NCBI GenBank assembly: GCA_022819945.1
Contig: JAJEGI010000108.1
Coordinates: forward strand, 72,880-136,879
DNA from: Candidatus Poribacteria bacterium
GTDB taxonomy: Bacteria > Poribacteria > WGA-4E > WGA-3G
Direction of reading: 5' to 3'
DNA: 64,000 nt
Every line of letters starts with the position of its first letter. Position 1 is the first letter of the stretch. Of the stretch, positions 1-10,658 are shown one piece after another. A program made the translations under genes and the position numbers. Below the pieces are notes generated by a model. That model worked only from the letters and a program-made list of their open reading frames with translations. It was not told the origin of the DNA and made no database searches.

Positions 1-40
1 AGGCGACCACGGACCCGTTGCCTATCGCAATGTTTTCTTA

Positions 41-81
41 ATAGGACTTACGGATTCCTCTTAAAGTCCCCTGATAAGGGG
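41..81. repeat. Intergenic repeat family B, copy 1 (ATAGGACTTACG...AAAGTCCCCTGATAAGGGG)
   Basis: About 41 nt nearly identical to 17744-17785. It contains a TCCCC/GGGG(A) mini-hairpin. A second palindrome, GAATGCC-ATGC-GGCATTC, follows at about 100-118. Confidence 0.6.
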
Positions 82-235
82 CGGTGAATGCCCATACGGG
101 GAATGCCATGCGGCATTCATACCGTTGATTCTTTAGAGGGTTTTGCTTGGGGTGTTTCTGGGGATTTCTTCAGATACACGGAAAGCAACATTATTAGTCA
201 TTTACCCTAACCGAACCGCAAGGAAAATTAAAAAA

Positions 236-1294
236 ATGGAAAAATTTAAACTTGGTGTTATCGGTGCAGGCGGCATCGTCTGCCGGATGCATCTCCCTGA
301 TCTCGTGCAAGGCACTGATTTTGAAGTCAGTGTTATCGGCGGTAGACGCGAACACCGTCTCAAACATCAATGTCAAGAGTTCGAGATACCCCGCTGGACA
401 CAGGACTACTACGCAATCATCGCCGATGATACGCTTGATGCGATCCTTGTCGGCACACCGCATCCTTTGCACGTTTCGTGGGGTGTCAAAGCGTTGGAAG
501 CAGGGAAGCACGTGCTCATGCAGAAACCGCTCTGCGGTGAGATGGATGAAGCAAATCAATTTGTGGCAGCAGCCGAAGCCAGCGGTAAAACGGTGATGTG
601 TCTCCCACATTTCAGTGCTGCTGTCTACAAAATCCGCCAATTAATTGCTGAAGAGGCAATCGGACGTGTTTCCGGGGCGAGAATGCGGAGCAGCCACGGC
701 GGACCTGAAATCTATTACGCAGAGATCCGCGATATCTTCGGTGAATCTGGCGACGATTTGTGGTTCTTCGATGCGAAACAGGCAAGCGTCGGCGCACTTT
801 TCGATATGGGTGTTTATGCTGTTTCCAGTCTCGTCGCAATGCTCGGCACCTTCAAACGCGTGACCGGTTTCGTTTCTACTTTCGATAAACCGACCGAATT
901 AGAGGACGTTGCGACGCTCGTGCTTGAGATGCAATCGGGCGGAATTGTCACTGCAGAGACGAGTTGGTGTGATCCCGCACGCACCGGTGAAGGGAGTGTA
1001 CACGGCACAGCAGGCAAGTTCACAATGCCCGGTAAAGATGGCGCAGCACTCAGTCAATTGACACCCACCTCTTACACGCGCGAACACGCGCCCGTTGATG
1101 TGAAAGCGATTGACTGTTCAGACGCTGCACCGAGTGGGATGCACGCGCATTTCGCCGAACATATTCGCAAAGGCACACAACCGCCACTCTCAAATGTCTA
1201 CACGGCGCGGCATGTTACTGAAATTCTACTCGCCGGACTTGAATCTTCTGCAAAGGGTAGCGCAATCGAACTGACCACAGCAGCGGACAAGTAG
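236..1294 (+). CDS. Gfo/Idh/MocA family oxidoreductase
   Basis: N-terminal Rossmann motif KLGVIGAGGI right after the ATG at 236. EKP-like MQKPL motif. The length is typical for the family. The upstream part of the tracked ORF (from 143) has no family-like sequence. Confidence 0.85.
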   Translation: MEKFKLGVIGAGGIVCRMHLPDLVQGTDFEVSVIGGRREHRLKHQCQEFEIPRWTQDYYAIIADDTLDAILVGTPHPLHVSWGVKALEAGKHVLMQKPLCGEMDEANQFVAAAEASGKTVMCLPHFSAAVYKIRQLIAEEAIGRVSGARMRSSHGGPEIYYAEIRDIFGESGDDLWFFDAKQASVGALFDMGVYAVSSLVAMLGTFKRVTGFVSTFDKPTELEDVATLVLEMQSGGIVTAETSWCDPARTGEGSVHGTAGKFTMPGKDGAALSQLTPTSYTREHAPVDVKAIDCSDAAPSGMHAHFAEHIRKGTQPPLSNVYTARHVTEILLAGLESSAKGSAIELTTAADK

Positions 1295-1308
1295 TTAACG
1301 TGAGTCGG

Positions 1309-2355
1309 TTATTCCTTCAGGAGCTTGTGTTTTTCTCTCCACCGTGGATACTCATCTGTGAGTAACCTATTGGCCCAGCTACCGTAGTACGCGTAGCCGT
1401 TGCGGCGTTCCTGTCCGAGCTCGGCGAACGAGTAGCGGACGACCGAGTCGCGATCGAGAAAGATCGGACGGTTGCTGTCAATCTCGTAGAAACGTCCCCA
1501 TATCGGTCCCGCGTCGGGATCCACCACGACCCGCTTATCGTCTTGCCCCGCTGCGTCAGTGAACTTCTCTAAACGAATGCCGTGGATTGCAGTACTCCTG
1601 AACCACTCAACAGCCCCCTCAACAGCGGCGATGATCGCAGGTGTGGGTGCTTCGACTGACATCAGGAAACGCACGACACCGACACTTTCAGCACCTGAGA
1701 TCGATGGCGGCTCGTATGAACGCGCCCACGCAGGCGCGAGCGTTTTTTCGTCATGCTGCGCACACCAAGCAGTGAGTTTACCATCTTGTTTGATCTGCGT
1801 GTGCAGGATGCAGTCGATACCTTTGGTTACAGCAGCCTTAGCCTGAGTGCGGTACGCTGCTTCCAAGAACCCATAGTCTGAAGATTCAGAGACATCTCGG
1901 AGAAGTTCGAGAATTCGCACCATAGCGTTGTCATTGAACGTGATGTGGCGATGATAGTTTTTGCTTAGCGGATAATACTGAGGCCACCCGCCATTCGGGT
2001 ATTGCGCTTCAAGAATATGGGCAAGACCTTTGAGAAATGCTTGTTCGTAGCGCGGCACGTTTGTCGCACGAAACGCACGCGCAAGAAACCGTAGTTCGCC
2101 AATAGTGGCACTGTTGTCAAACGTTCCGTGCAGATCGTCAACGTTGCCATCAAACGGTTCAGATGCTGTGTCTCGATTCTTCGGCCAACTGCCGTGCGGG
2201 GTCTGCCACGTGAGGACGTTGTCGGCAATGCGGCGACCCGCCTCGCTCCGGAACCATTCGGTGGGTTGCTTCGCATACTCGGAAGGAACACTGGCATCGG
2301 GAGATGATAGAAGCAAAAGGAACAAGATACAGATAACAGTGAGTTGTAACTTCAT
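1309..2355 (-). CDS. Pectate lyase, PL10 (PelA/Pel-15E-like), secreted
   Basis: Signal peptide (MKLQLTVICILFLLLLS). Motifs ADNVLTWQTPHGSWPKN, FDNSATIGELRFLA, AQYPNGGWPQYYP and HITFNDNAM match my recollection of the pec_lyase family. Confidence 0.8.
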   Translation of the reverse strand: MKLQLTVICILFLLLLSSPDASVPSEYAKQPTEWFRSEAGRRIADNVLTWQTPHGSWPKNRDTASEPFDGNVDDLHGTFDNSATIGELRFLARAFRATNVPRYEQAFLKGLAHILEAQYPNGGWPQYYPLSKNYHRHITFNDNAMVRILELLRDVSESSDYGFLEAAYRTQAKAAVTKGIDCILHTQIKQDGKLTAWCAQHDEKTLAPAWARSYEPPSISGAESVGVVRFLMSVEAPTPAIIAAVEGAVEWFRSTAIHGIRLEKFTDAAGQDDKRVVVDPDAGPIWGRFYEIDSNRPIFLDRDSVVRYSFAELGQERRNGYAYYGSWANRLLTDEYPRWREKHKLLKE

Positions 2356-2510
2356 AAAGGTCCCCTGTCCTTAGTGCCGTAGGGGTTAGATTACCTAATC
2401 CCTACGAGCGTGTTGTGTGGGCCCCTATAGTTACGTGCCCACGTCCTTTCGGGTCTTACATAAGTTGAACTATAGCAAACTGGATTAGGTCGGAAGGAAA
2501 AGAGGTGTGT

Positions 2511-2547
2511 TTCATGTAGGCGGCGTCAAAAAACCCGCCTACATGAA
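2511..2547. other. 13-bp perfect hairpin (TTCATGTAGGCGG / CCGCCTACATGAA), possible terminator of the gene at 2560-3006
   Basis: Inverted repeat read directly from the sequence. No clear U-run on either strand, so a terminator role is uncertain. Confidence 0.4.
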
Positions 2548-2559
2548 ATGTCTAAAGGT

Positions 2560-3006
2560 TTAATCTAAATTAGCGTGAAATTCATACCAGTCATCGAGAT
2601 TGTTGAGATTCACAGCGTCTAAGATAGAGCCGTCATCTTCAACACCGCTTGCACCGAGAATGCCGCCGCGGGTATCATCGTCGTGATTGTAGCCCGTAAT
2701 TGCGGCGTTCAGTTCATCGACTGCCGCTTGGTCAAAACTCCCATTTTCCGAAACCCACGCTTCAAACTGTGGATAGGTCGGCGAATTGTCGTTGATGTAT
2801 GCCAATGTAGCATCCTTATCCAGTCCGAGGCCATCCAACACCATCTGATCAAAGCCTGCACCGCATGCGGGATAGTCTTCATGGAGGACACCTTTGGCAT
2901 CCATTAGCACTTTCGACCAGAATCGTGGCAGATGCAACACGCCAAGCGGTCCTTTAACCCCGGAACTAATCGTTGGAATCATTGGTGTTTTCTTCCTTCC
3001 GAACAT
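2560..3006 (-). CDS. DUF5069-like protein
   Basis: The LPRFWSKV...G.L.EDYP....G.D..VLD.LGLDKD..L.Y pattern resembles the DUF5069 family as I remember it. Clean 148-aa ORF. Confidence 0.55.
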   Translation of the reverse strand: MFGRKKTPMIPTISSGVKGPLGVLHLPRFWSKVLMDAKGVLHEDYPACGAGFDQMVLDGLGLDKDATLAYINDNSPTYPQFEAWVSENGSFDQAAVDELNAAITGYNHDDDTRGGILGASGVEDDGSILDAVNLNNLDDWYEFHANLD

Positions 3007-3151
3007 TCTATTTTTCCTCCCTTACTTTAAACGTTAAGTAATAGGTCGGTATCATTAGATATAACAGGTGTTGTTGCCTGCTATGCGAAATTCTGACCTA
3101 TTATAGCAGCGCGTAGAAAAAAAGCAAGAAAAATTTAAGCACTGTTCCAAA

Positions 3152-3463
3152 TTATTTAACAGCATCCGGTTTAACCACTTTAAACTTGAGTTCACCGGGT
3201 TTAATATAGCCGAGCCGCTTTCTGGCGAGTCGTTCTTTTGTTAAGTCGTCATTTTTTAGCATTTCGACGCGTTTTTTAAGTCGGTCGCGCTCAATTTCTA
3301 ACGCCCGTATCTCGCCACGATAGGCTTCTTCAGCGAACTGCGCCCGTTGCCAGTCGTCATAACCTTTCATGAACTGCCTCACACTGACCGCGAGTAAACC
3401 GATCGCAATCAAGAATAGGATTGGGCGAAAAATACGCATAAGATGTACCCCTAAAAAAAGCAT
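3152..3463 (-). CDS. ftsB: Septum formation initiator (FtsB/DivIC family)
   Basis: Single N-terminal TM segment followed by a coiled coil (RALEIERDRLKKRVEMLKND) and LARKRLGYIKPGE. It lies immediately downstream of eno, the classic eno-ftsB arrangement. The start may be the internal Met at 3439. Confidence 0.75.
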   Translation of the reverse strand: MLFLGVHLMRIFRPILFLIAIGLLAVSVRQFMKGYDDWQRAQFAEEAYRGEIRALEIERDRLKKRVEMLKNDDLTKERLARKRLGYIKPGELKFKVVKPDAVK

Positions 3464-3505
3464 CTTGGAACGGCACAGAAACCGTTCCTATACGGATGAA
3501 AGCAC

Positions 3506-4852
<1,347 letters not shown>

Positions 4853-4891
4853 TTACGCAAAATCCTTTCGTTTCTTGCCGGATCGGGAAAC

Positions 4892-4964
4892 TGGAAGATT
4901 GGCACGGTGGAAGCGTGGAAGGGAGTTTTCCATCCTTCCCTGCCTTCCATCCTTCCAACCTTCA
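4892..4964. repeat. Intergenic repeat family A, copy 1 (purine-rich GGAAG arm / pyrimidine-rich CTTCC arm)
   Basis: CTGGAAGATTGGCACGGTGGAAG...CCATCCTTCC..CCTTCCATCCTTCCAACCTTC. The left arm is nearly identical to 26242-26263. Confidence 0.6.
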
Positions 4965-5023
4965 ACGTAGGCATTACGCGTAAGTCCTATTTTAGATGAG
5001 TTTTCCAAGTTTGCACTCAGGTC

Positions 5024-5716
5024 CTATTCCTCAATAACAAAATCCGCGAGTAGATACGCGGCTCCTAAAAAGACTAAACTATATCCAACAAGCAAACTCA
5101 ACCAAAATCCGTCCCCTAATCCACCCGTCACCAAAAGCGAAACGGTGCATCTCGCACCACCCATAATAACTGGAATAACAAGGGGTAGCAGAATGACGGA
5201 GAGTAAACTTTCACCACCGCCTGTACTTGTAGACATGCCTGCTAACAGCACACCAACGGCGCAAAAGCCAAGCGTCCCGATACTCAGCACGCCGAGCAGT
5301 TTCAGCAATATGCTCACCGTTACTACATCAAGCAAATCTAAGAATTGAAGCGTGATGGGCGTAACGACAATTTCCAATAAAAATAGAAAAATGACGTTGC
5401 TGACAACTTTGGATAGATAGAAATTGCTTACATCAACACCCGTAAGCCGAATACCGTGTAAAGCACCGTGTGAGTGTTCCACTGTAAATGAACGATTCAA
5501 AGTAATAATTCCCGCAAAAACAAACGCTGCCCAGAGGACACTGGCGGCTAATTTGCCGCGCTCTACCTTTTCTGGGAAAACCGGACCAAATGCAAAAGCA
5601 AAAATCAGGACAACTAACACGCTGAAAACGAAGATTAATACCAGCGTCTCTTTTGAACGAAATTGAAGTCCAAGGTCCTTGCGAATCAACGCGCCAATCT
5701 GACGGAGTGCCTTCAT
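5024..5716 (-). CDS. ccmB: Heme exporter permease CcmB
   Basis: 230-aa polytopic membrane protein directly downstream of the CcmA-like ATPase. Size and hydrophobicity pattern are typical of CcmB. Confidence 0.75.
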   Translation of the reverse strand: MKALRQIGALIRKDLGLQFRSKETLVLIFVFSVLVVLIFAFAFGPVFPEKVERGKLAASVLWAAFVFAGIITLNRSFTVEHSHGALHGIRLTGVDVSNFYLSKVVSNVIFLFLLEIVVTPITLQFLDLLDVVTVSILLKLLGVLSIGTLGFCAVGVLLAGMSTSTGGGESLLSVILLPLVIPVIMGGARCTVSLLVTGGLGDGFWLSLLVGYSLVFLGAAYLLADFVIEE

Positions 5717-5803
5717 GTTTGTCTCAATTCTTACCGGAATGCCCGTCGTTCACGCCTTTACAGCAGTCCATTTCGACGAAAAAAATAAAATGAACCCCAA
5801 TCG

Positions 5804-6505
5804 TTAAAAAACCGACCTCTCCTCGTACATCTGCAATAACGTCTCTGCTGCAATCTCGTCTTTCCGCGCAACCTCTTCCAATTCTCCATTTATCATAAAG
5901 AAAAACCGTGTACCTACAAGATACCCCAACTCTGTATTATGTGTCGTAACGACGATGCCTTTACCATCCTGTTGCTCTTGTCCGATACGCGCGATGACAA
6001 ACTGCCTCGCAGCAGCATCCAATCCAGAGAAGGGTTCGTCAAACAATAGCACTGAAGGATAATGAAGAAGGGCTCGGGCAATCATAACGCGCTGCGTCAT
6101 GCCACGTGAGAAGATGTGCAGAGGTTCGTGAGCAAAGCGCTGTAAGCCAACTTCAGCAAGAAGCGTTGTTGTGCGGCGTTCCAACTGCTCAACGCCGTAC
6201 ATTTGTCCAAAAAACCTGAGATTTTCATACGGACTGAATGCTGGGTAAGCGAGCATTTCATGGATAACAACACCCAGCGTGCTTCGTACATCTGAGGAAT
6301 CTTCTATAACATCCGTGCCTTCAATCTCAAGCTCGCCGGATGTCGGCTTCAGAAGGGTTGCAAGGATTTTGATGAGCGTCGTCTTACCGGCACCGTTAGG
6401 ACCGAAAATCGCAACCACTTCTCCAGGGTTAACCGAAAGCGTAGCATTTTTGACAATTGAGCGATTTCCGAAATCTTTAGTGAGTTGGGAAGCACGAAGA
6501 CGCAT
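5804..6505 (-). CDS. ccmA: ABC transporter ATP-binding protein (heme exporter CcmA-like)
   Basis: Walker A GPNGAGKTT, signature FSRGMTQR (degenerate LSGG) and Walker B LLFDEP. Paired with the CcmB-like permease. Confidence 0.8.
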   Translation of the reverse strand: MRLRASQLTKDFGNRSIVKNATLSVNPGEVVAIFGPNGAGKTTLIKILATLLKPTSGELEIEGTDVIEDSSDVRSTLGVVIHEMLAYPAFSPYENLRFFGQMYGVEQLERRTTTLLAEVGLQRFAHEPLHIFSRGMTQRVMIARALLHYPSVLLFDEPFSGLDAAARQFVIARIGQEQQDGKGIVVTTHNTELGYLVGTRFFFMINGELEEVARKDEIAAETLLQMYEERSVF

Positions 6506-6537
6506 AGTGTCAGCGATTTCCTAACCGATAACAAGAG

Positions 6538-6625
6538 GTGAAGGATGGAAGGATTTAAATGGAAGGGAGGAAGGATGGAAGAAGCATCTCCACGCAACCT
6601 TCCAGTCTTCCTGTCTTCCAGTTTT
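6538..6625. repeat. Intergenic repeat family A, copy 2
   Basis: GAAGGATGGAAGGA...GGAAGGGAGGAAGGATGGAAG...CCTTCCAGTCTTCCTGTCTTCCAGTTTTC. The right arm matches 26283-26303. Confidence 0.6.
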
Positions 6626-6641
6626 CATTCTTTTCTGAGGC

Positions 6642-7556
6642 TTACATCATTTTCTCGATAATTGCATCGCCTTGTTCTTTGCTGATGCCGAGCGGTTGAT
6701 GTGCTATAGGCCCGTTTTCTAAAACAGGTTCCATTTCATTCAGTGATTGACGACTCGTATCGTGGTAGAACAACCCAAGCTGCGTTTCATGACCTGTCTT
6801 GACGGCTTGTTCGAGTGCAGCGGCCCTGTCACTTGTGTCATGATCTTCAAGGTATTGGACCCGCTCCTTCCAGTAATCGAAAATTACTCGCGCCCCTCCC
6901 TTCCAGGTCACACAAGGACTGATAACATCAATGAATGCAAATCCTTTGTGTTGCATCCCGTTATACATCAATTCCGCGAGTTTTGGTCCGTCAGAACTAT
7001 ATGCTCTTGCGACATAAGTCGCACCCGCGACAATTGCCATTGCGACTGGATTCAGAGGTGTCTCTAAATTACCGAACGGTGTACTTTTCGTCTCTTCTCC
7101 GACTATAGTCGTCGGTGAGGCTTGTCCGACTGTCAACCCGTACGTCTCGTTATTCATGACGATGTAGAGGAGATCAATATTTTTTCGCATCGTATGAATA
7201 AAATGATTTCCACCGATGCCGTAACCATCACCATCACCACCCGTGACGACAACATTCAACTCGTGATTGGCAAATTTAGCACCCGTTGCAACCGCCAACG
7301 CACGACCGTGGAGCGTATGCATCCCATACGTTTTGACATAACCAGGAAGGTTAGAGGAACACCCAATTCCACTTACTGTCAGGTGATCATGATTGCCACG
7401 ACCGAGTTTCGCATAAGCACTTTGTAGCGCGTTCAACACACCGAAATCACCACAACCGGCACACCAATCTGGGGTAACATCACCTTTAAAATCTCGCGCT
7501 GTCGGCGCGCCTTGAACAGGTCTTTCTCGTCTTGCTCTTCTCGCCATCTGATCCAT
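6642..7556 (-). CDS. korB: 2-oxoacid:ferredoxin oxidoreductase, beta (TPP-binding) subunit
   Basis: WCAGCGDFGV and GGDGDGYGIGGNH TPP-binding motifs. Located directly downstream of the alpha subunit. Confidence 0.9.
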   Translation of the reverse strand: MDQMARRARRERPVQGAPTARDFKGDVTPDWCAGCGDFGVLNALQSAYAKLGRGNHDHLTVSGIGCSSNLPGYVKTYGMHTLHGRALAVATGAKFANHELNVVVTGGDGDGYGIGGNHFIHTMRKNIDLLYIVMNNETYGLTVGQASPTTIVGEETKSTPFGNLETPLNPVAMAIVAGATYVARAYSSDGPKLAELMYNGMQHKGFAFIDVISPCVTWKGGARVIFDYWKERVQYLEDHDTSDRAAALEQAVKTGHETQLGLFYHDTSRQSLNEMEPVLENGPIAHQPLGISKEQGDAIIEKMM

Positions 7557-7565
7557 CCTCCTTTG

Positions 7566-9350
7566 TTAGACAACAATCTCTTGATACGGGACATAAAGAT
7601 CCGTTTTACTGTTCAAAAGTTCACGCGCCCCATCAACCACGTGGTGCGGCATAAACGGTTCACCGTCGTATTTACGGATGTGACTGTCTGCCTTAAAGCC
7701 AGTCTCACTCCGTAAGAAACGGGCGAATTGACCCGTGTAGTTGCACTCAACGATAATCGAATACGCAGACTTCGCAAGCACTTCGTTGATCGCGTCCTCG
7801 TCCATCGGATAGAGCCACTTGAAGTGGATATGATTGGTGGCAATGCCAGCATCCGTCAACATTTGTGTTGCTTCACTAATCACACTATGCGTGGATCCCC
7901 AGCCAATCAACGTAACTTCCGCATCTTCGGGACCTTCAAAAGTCGGAGGTGGGAGAAGTTCAACGATGCCTTCCATTTTGCGTTGCCGTTTCTCCATAAT
8001 ATCACGCCGCTTGTGAGGATTCGTGAATTCATCACTAATCAGACCACCATCTTCATCGTGATCATCGGTAGCAACAACGTGCATGTGACCAGGCGTGCCG
8101 GGGATAGCACGGGGCGAAATCCCGCTGTCTGTGATTTGGTAACGCAGATATTCGTCTTCTGTCTGTCCTTGGTCGGTGATTAATTCGCCACGGTCGATTT
8201 CCGGCTGCCAGTTAATAGAATCCGGCACGAATGTCGTGTGACCTTCCGCCAACGACAAATCCGTGAGGACCATGCCGGGGCACTGAAACTTGTCAACGAG
8301 GTTAAAGAGTTCAGGTATCGTATTAAACCCGTCCATAATACTGGTAGGTGAAACAACAATTTTCGGAAAATCACCTTGGCTCGCACCGAGAACTTGCCAT
8401 AAATCGCCCTGTTCGGTTTTGGTAGGTAAACCTGTGGAGGGACCTCCGCGTTGAACATTAACAACAACAATTGGAATTTCCATCATGCCCGCACTGCCAA
8501 TCGCTTCCGACATGAGTGCGAAACCGCCACCCGATGTCGCACACATCGCACGACACCCCACATGTGCAGCACCAATGACCATGTTGACAACGCTGATTTC
8601 ATCTTCACATTGTCGGACGATAATACCGAGATCGCGAGCGTTCGGGGCCATCCAGTGGAGAATACCTGTTGATGGACTCATCGGATAGGCAGCATAAAAT
8701 TTAACACCGGCTGCCGCACCGCCCATTGCCATCAACATATTACCGCTACCGAACGCCAATGGCGGGTCCTGTTTCTCAAATTGGACATCAAACGGTGTAA
8801 AGTGTTCAGCGGCGTAATTATAACTTGCCTGAGCAGCAGCGACGTTCGCATCCACTATGGCTTGCCCCTTGCGTTTGAGGAACGCACGGATAATGATATC
8901 CTCAAGCATGCTTAAATCCACACCGACTAACTGCAAAGCAACACTGGATGCACAAACATTCAGCATTAACCTTTTTCTATCAGGATCGTTAGTCAATTCT
9001 TTATAGGAAATAGGGCACAACTGGATGTCATCACGTTCCGGTTCTTGTTTGACATCATCGCTGTTATAAATAAGTGCACCGCCGGGTGAGACGTGCGGCA
9101 AATGCTTCTCTACACTGTCCCGGTCTAAGGCAATAATCAAGTCAATTTTGTCGCCATGGTTGGCGATCGGTTCAGAACTGATTCGAATAGTCAGGAAGGA
9201 GTGACCGCCGCGGATGAGGGATTGATAGGCGGTGTAAGTAAAAACGTTCAGCCCATACCGGGCAAAGATTTGGCTGATACTTTTGCCTGCAGTTTCGATA
9301 CCCTGCCCGGGTGCCCCTCCTACGGCGATTGCAAAATCGTACTTTGCCAT
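7566..9350 (-). CDS. korA: 2-oxoacid:ferredoxin oxidoreductase, alpha subunit
   Basis: 594 aa. GGAPGQGIETAG N-terminus and a YPMSPST pyruvate-flavodoxin-oxidoreductase core motif. Confidence 0.9.
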   Translation of the reverse strand: MAKYDFAIAVGGAPGQGIETAGKSISQIFARYGLNVFTYTAYQSLIRGGHSFLTIRISSEPIANHGDKIDLIIALDRDSVEKHLPHVSPGGALIYNSDDVKQEPERDDIQLCPISYKELTNDPDRKRLMLNVCASSVALQLVGVDLSMLEDIIIRAFLKRKGQAIVDANVAAAQASYNYAAEHFTPFDVQFEKQDPPLAFGSGNMLMAMGGAAAGVKFYAAYPMSPSTGILHWMAPNARDLGIIVRQCEDEISVVNMVIGAAHVGCRAMCATSGGGFALMSEAIGSAGMMEIPIVVVNVQRGGPSTGLPTKTEQGDLWQVLGASQGDFPKIVVSPTSIMDGFNTIPELFNLVDKFQCPGMVLTDLSLAEGHTTFVPDSINWQPEIDRGELITDQGQTEDEYLRYQITDSGISPRAIPGTPGHMHVVATDDHDEDGGLISDEFTNPHKRRDIMEKRQRKMEGIVELLPPPTFEGPEDAEVTLIGWGSTHSVISEATQMLTDAGIATNHIHFKWLYPMDEDAINEVLAKSAYSIIVECNYTGQFARFLRSETGFKADSHIRKYDGEPFMPHHVVDGARELLNSKTDLYVPYQEIVV

Positions 9351-9540
9351 CTTGGCTCCCTTCTAATAGTTTTTTGTATTCCATGCTGATACCGCAAATA
9401 CGCCACAGTTGGGTTCAATACAATGAAGCGATACCAGATGGATGGACAAATAAGCAAATTGATTCGTTTATTAATTACATTGCGATATTTGCACCTTTTT
9501 TTTAATCTTCATGAACACATATAACATTCTACTTTTTTAA

Positions 9541-9569
9541 ATTATACTACATTTTGCTCATTTTTTCAA
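9541..9569 (-). promoter_or_regulatory. Sigma70-type promoter for korAB (TTGAAA-17 nt-TATAAT on the minus strand)
   Basis: Read directly from the sequence: the reverse complement of 9564-9569 is TTGAAA and of 9541-9546 is TATAAT, with a 17-nt spacer. This implies a leader of about 185 nt before korA. Confidence 0.5.
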
Positions 9570-9607
9570 GTTTTTTAAGTCTCAACAAATGCACTATATA
9601 GCAGATC

Positions 9608-9820
9608 TTATAATCCTGTGCCTCCTATCATGGTATGCCTGTTTAGACGACAAGTCGCCATCTCCCACTCCGCTATAATCAACTGTCGAGGCAATTTTCC
9701 ATCTTCCGAATGATACAGCCGCACATCAGAATCTTCTGAGATTTTTCCTCTTGCTGTGATCAACCCAAGAAGGTAGGCAACATCTGCATCAATATAGTCT
9801 ATATCTTCAATTAAGCTCAC
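9608..9820 (-). CDS. Hypothetical 70-aa protein, translationally coupled to the upstream methyltransferase
   Basis: The start overlaps the methyltransferase stop by 14 nt. Contains AYLLGLITARGKI, reminiscent of a LAGLIDADG-type motif. No family assignment is possible. Confidence 0.35.
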   Translation of the reverse strand: MSLIEDIDYIDADVAYLLGLITARGKISEDSDVRLYHSEDGKLPRQLIIAEWEMATCRLNRHTMIGGTGL

Positions 9821-10649
9821 CAGACAAACTCCCCTCCTTGGGTTTTTGAAAAATCAAGATAAATTCATGAACTTTATTGACTCGGAATACACTCGGATAT
9901 CCGAGGGGACGCAAGTTGTTGTACTCTTGCCCACGATTCCATATTATGAGGTCATCGAAAATAAAACCGATCTCCTGCATAAATTGGGAAATATCAATGT
10001 GGTAGGGGTAAAAACGGTTCTTTTTTCGTATATCCATGACAATGACACAACAATAACTTTTGGGTTTCATAGCATCGTAAACTTGCTCGAAAATTTTGTG
10101 AAGTTCTAACAAGAATTTCTCATAATTTTCAATCTTGCCTAAGTCTGCTAATGGGTCTCCATAATCCCGTTGTTCCTTGTTATCGGCAGTCCGTTTCTGT
10201 AGGAGAATATCCCAATAAGGCGGCGATGTCACTACCATATCTATACTGCTTGGTGAAACATATCGGTAAAGTTCTCGACTGTCGGCAGTATGGATTTGGA
10301 TCTCGGTTTGCCCCGCAAATGGTAACATCTGGTTTACACGTCTTTCAGCGATCTGTGCAAATTCTGGAGAAATCTCTAAACCAATAGCATCCTTACCCGA
10401 TTCTTTTGCGGCAAGCAGCGTGGATCCAACCCCCGCGAAAGGATCCAATATTAAAGAGGCATCAGGAGGTGTAAAACATGCAATAAGACGGTGTGCAAGC
10501 ACACTCGGGAACATAGCAGGATGTTTTAGTTCAGTCTCCTCCTTTGTTTTTCTAATATCACTCCATACAGAGACGGAATAGCGTAACCATGTTTTGCCAT
10601 CCAATTCATTTGCCTGTTTTCGAGAGTTTTTTTTCTCGTTTCTCATCAA
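9807..10649 (-). CDS. SAM-dependent N6-adenine/N4-cytosine-type methyltransferase
   Basis: HPAMFPSVLAHRLI plus motif I LDPFAGVGST, followed about 65 aa later by motif IV TSPPYW. The motif order is I then IV, i.e. permuted relative to the common DPPY-first N4/N6 methylases. Confidence 0.8.
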   Translation of the reverse strand: MMRNEKKNSRKQANELDGKTWLRYSVSVWSDIRKTKEETELKHPAMFPSVLAHRLIACFTPPDASLILDPFAGVGSTLLAAKESGKDAIGLEISPEFAQIAERRVNQMLPFAGQTEIQIHTADSRELYRYVSPSSIDMVVTSPPYWDILLQKRTADNKEQRDYGDPLADLGKIENYEKFLLELHKIFEQVYDAMKPKSYCCVIVMDIRKKNRFYPYHIDISQFMQEIGFIFDDLIIWNRGQEYNNLRPLGYPSVFRVNKVHEFILIFQKPKEGSLSGELN

Positions 10650-10658
10650 ACTGCTCCA

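Noticed and set aside
143-235. Upstream extension of the first Gfo/Idh/MocA ORF (start at 143)
   Set aside because: The Rossmann GxGxxG motif follows directly after the Met at 236, and the extension has no family-like sequence. Similar upstream extensions were trimmed for the ORFs now starting at 21258, 23699, 33384, 56213, 58075 and 62636.
2511-2547. Canonical rho-independent terminator
   Set aside because: The 13-bp stem is perfect, but no U-tract follows on either strand. It is listed only as a hairpin.
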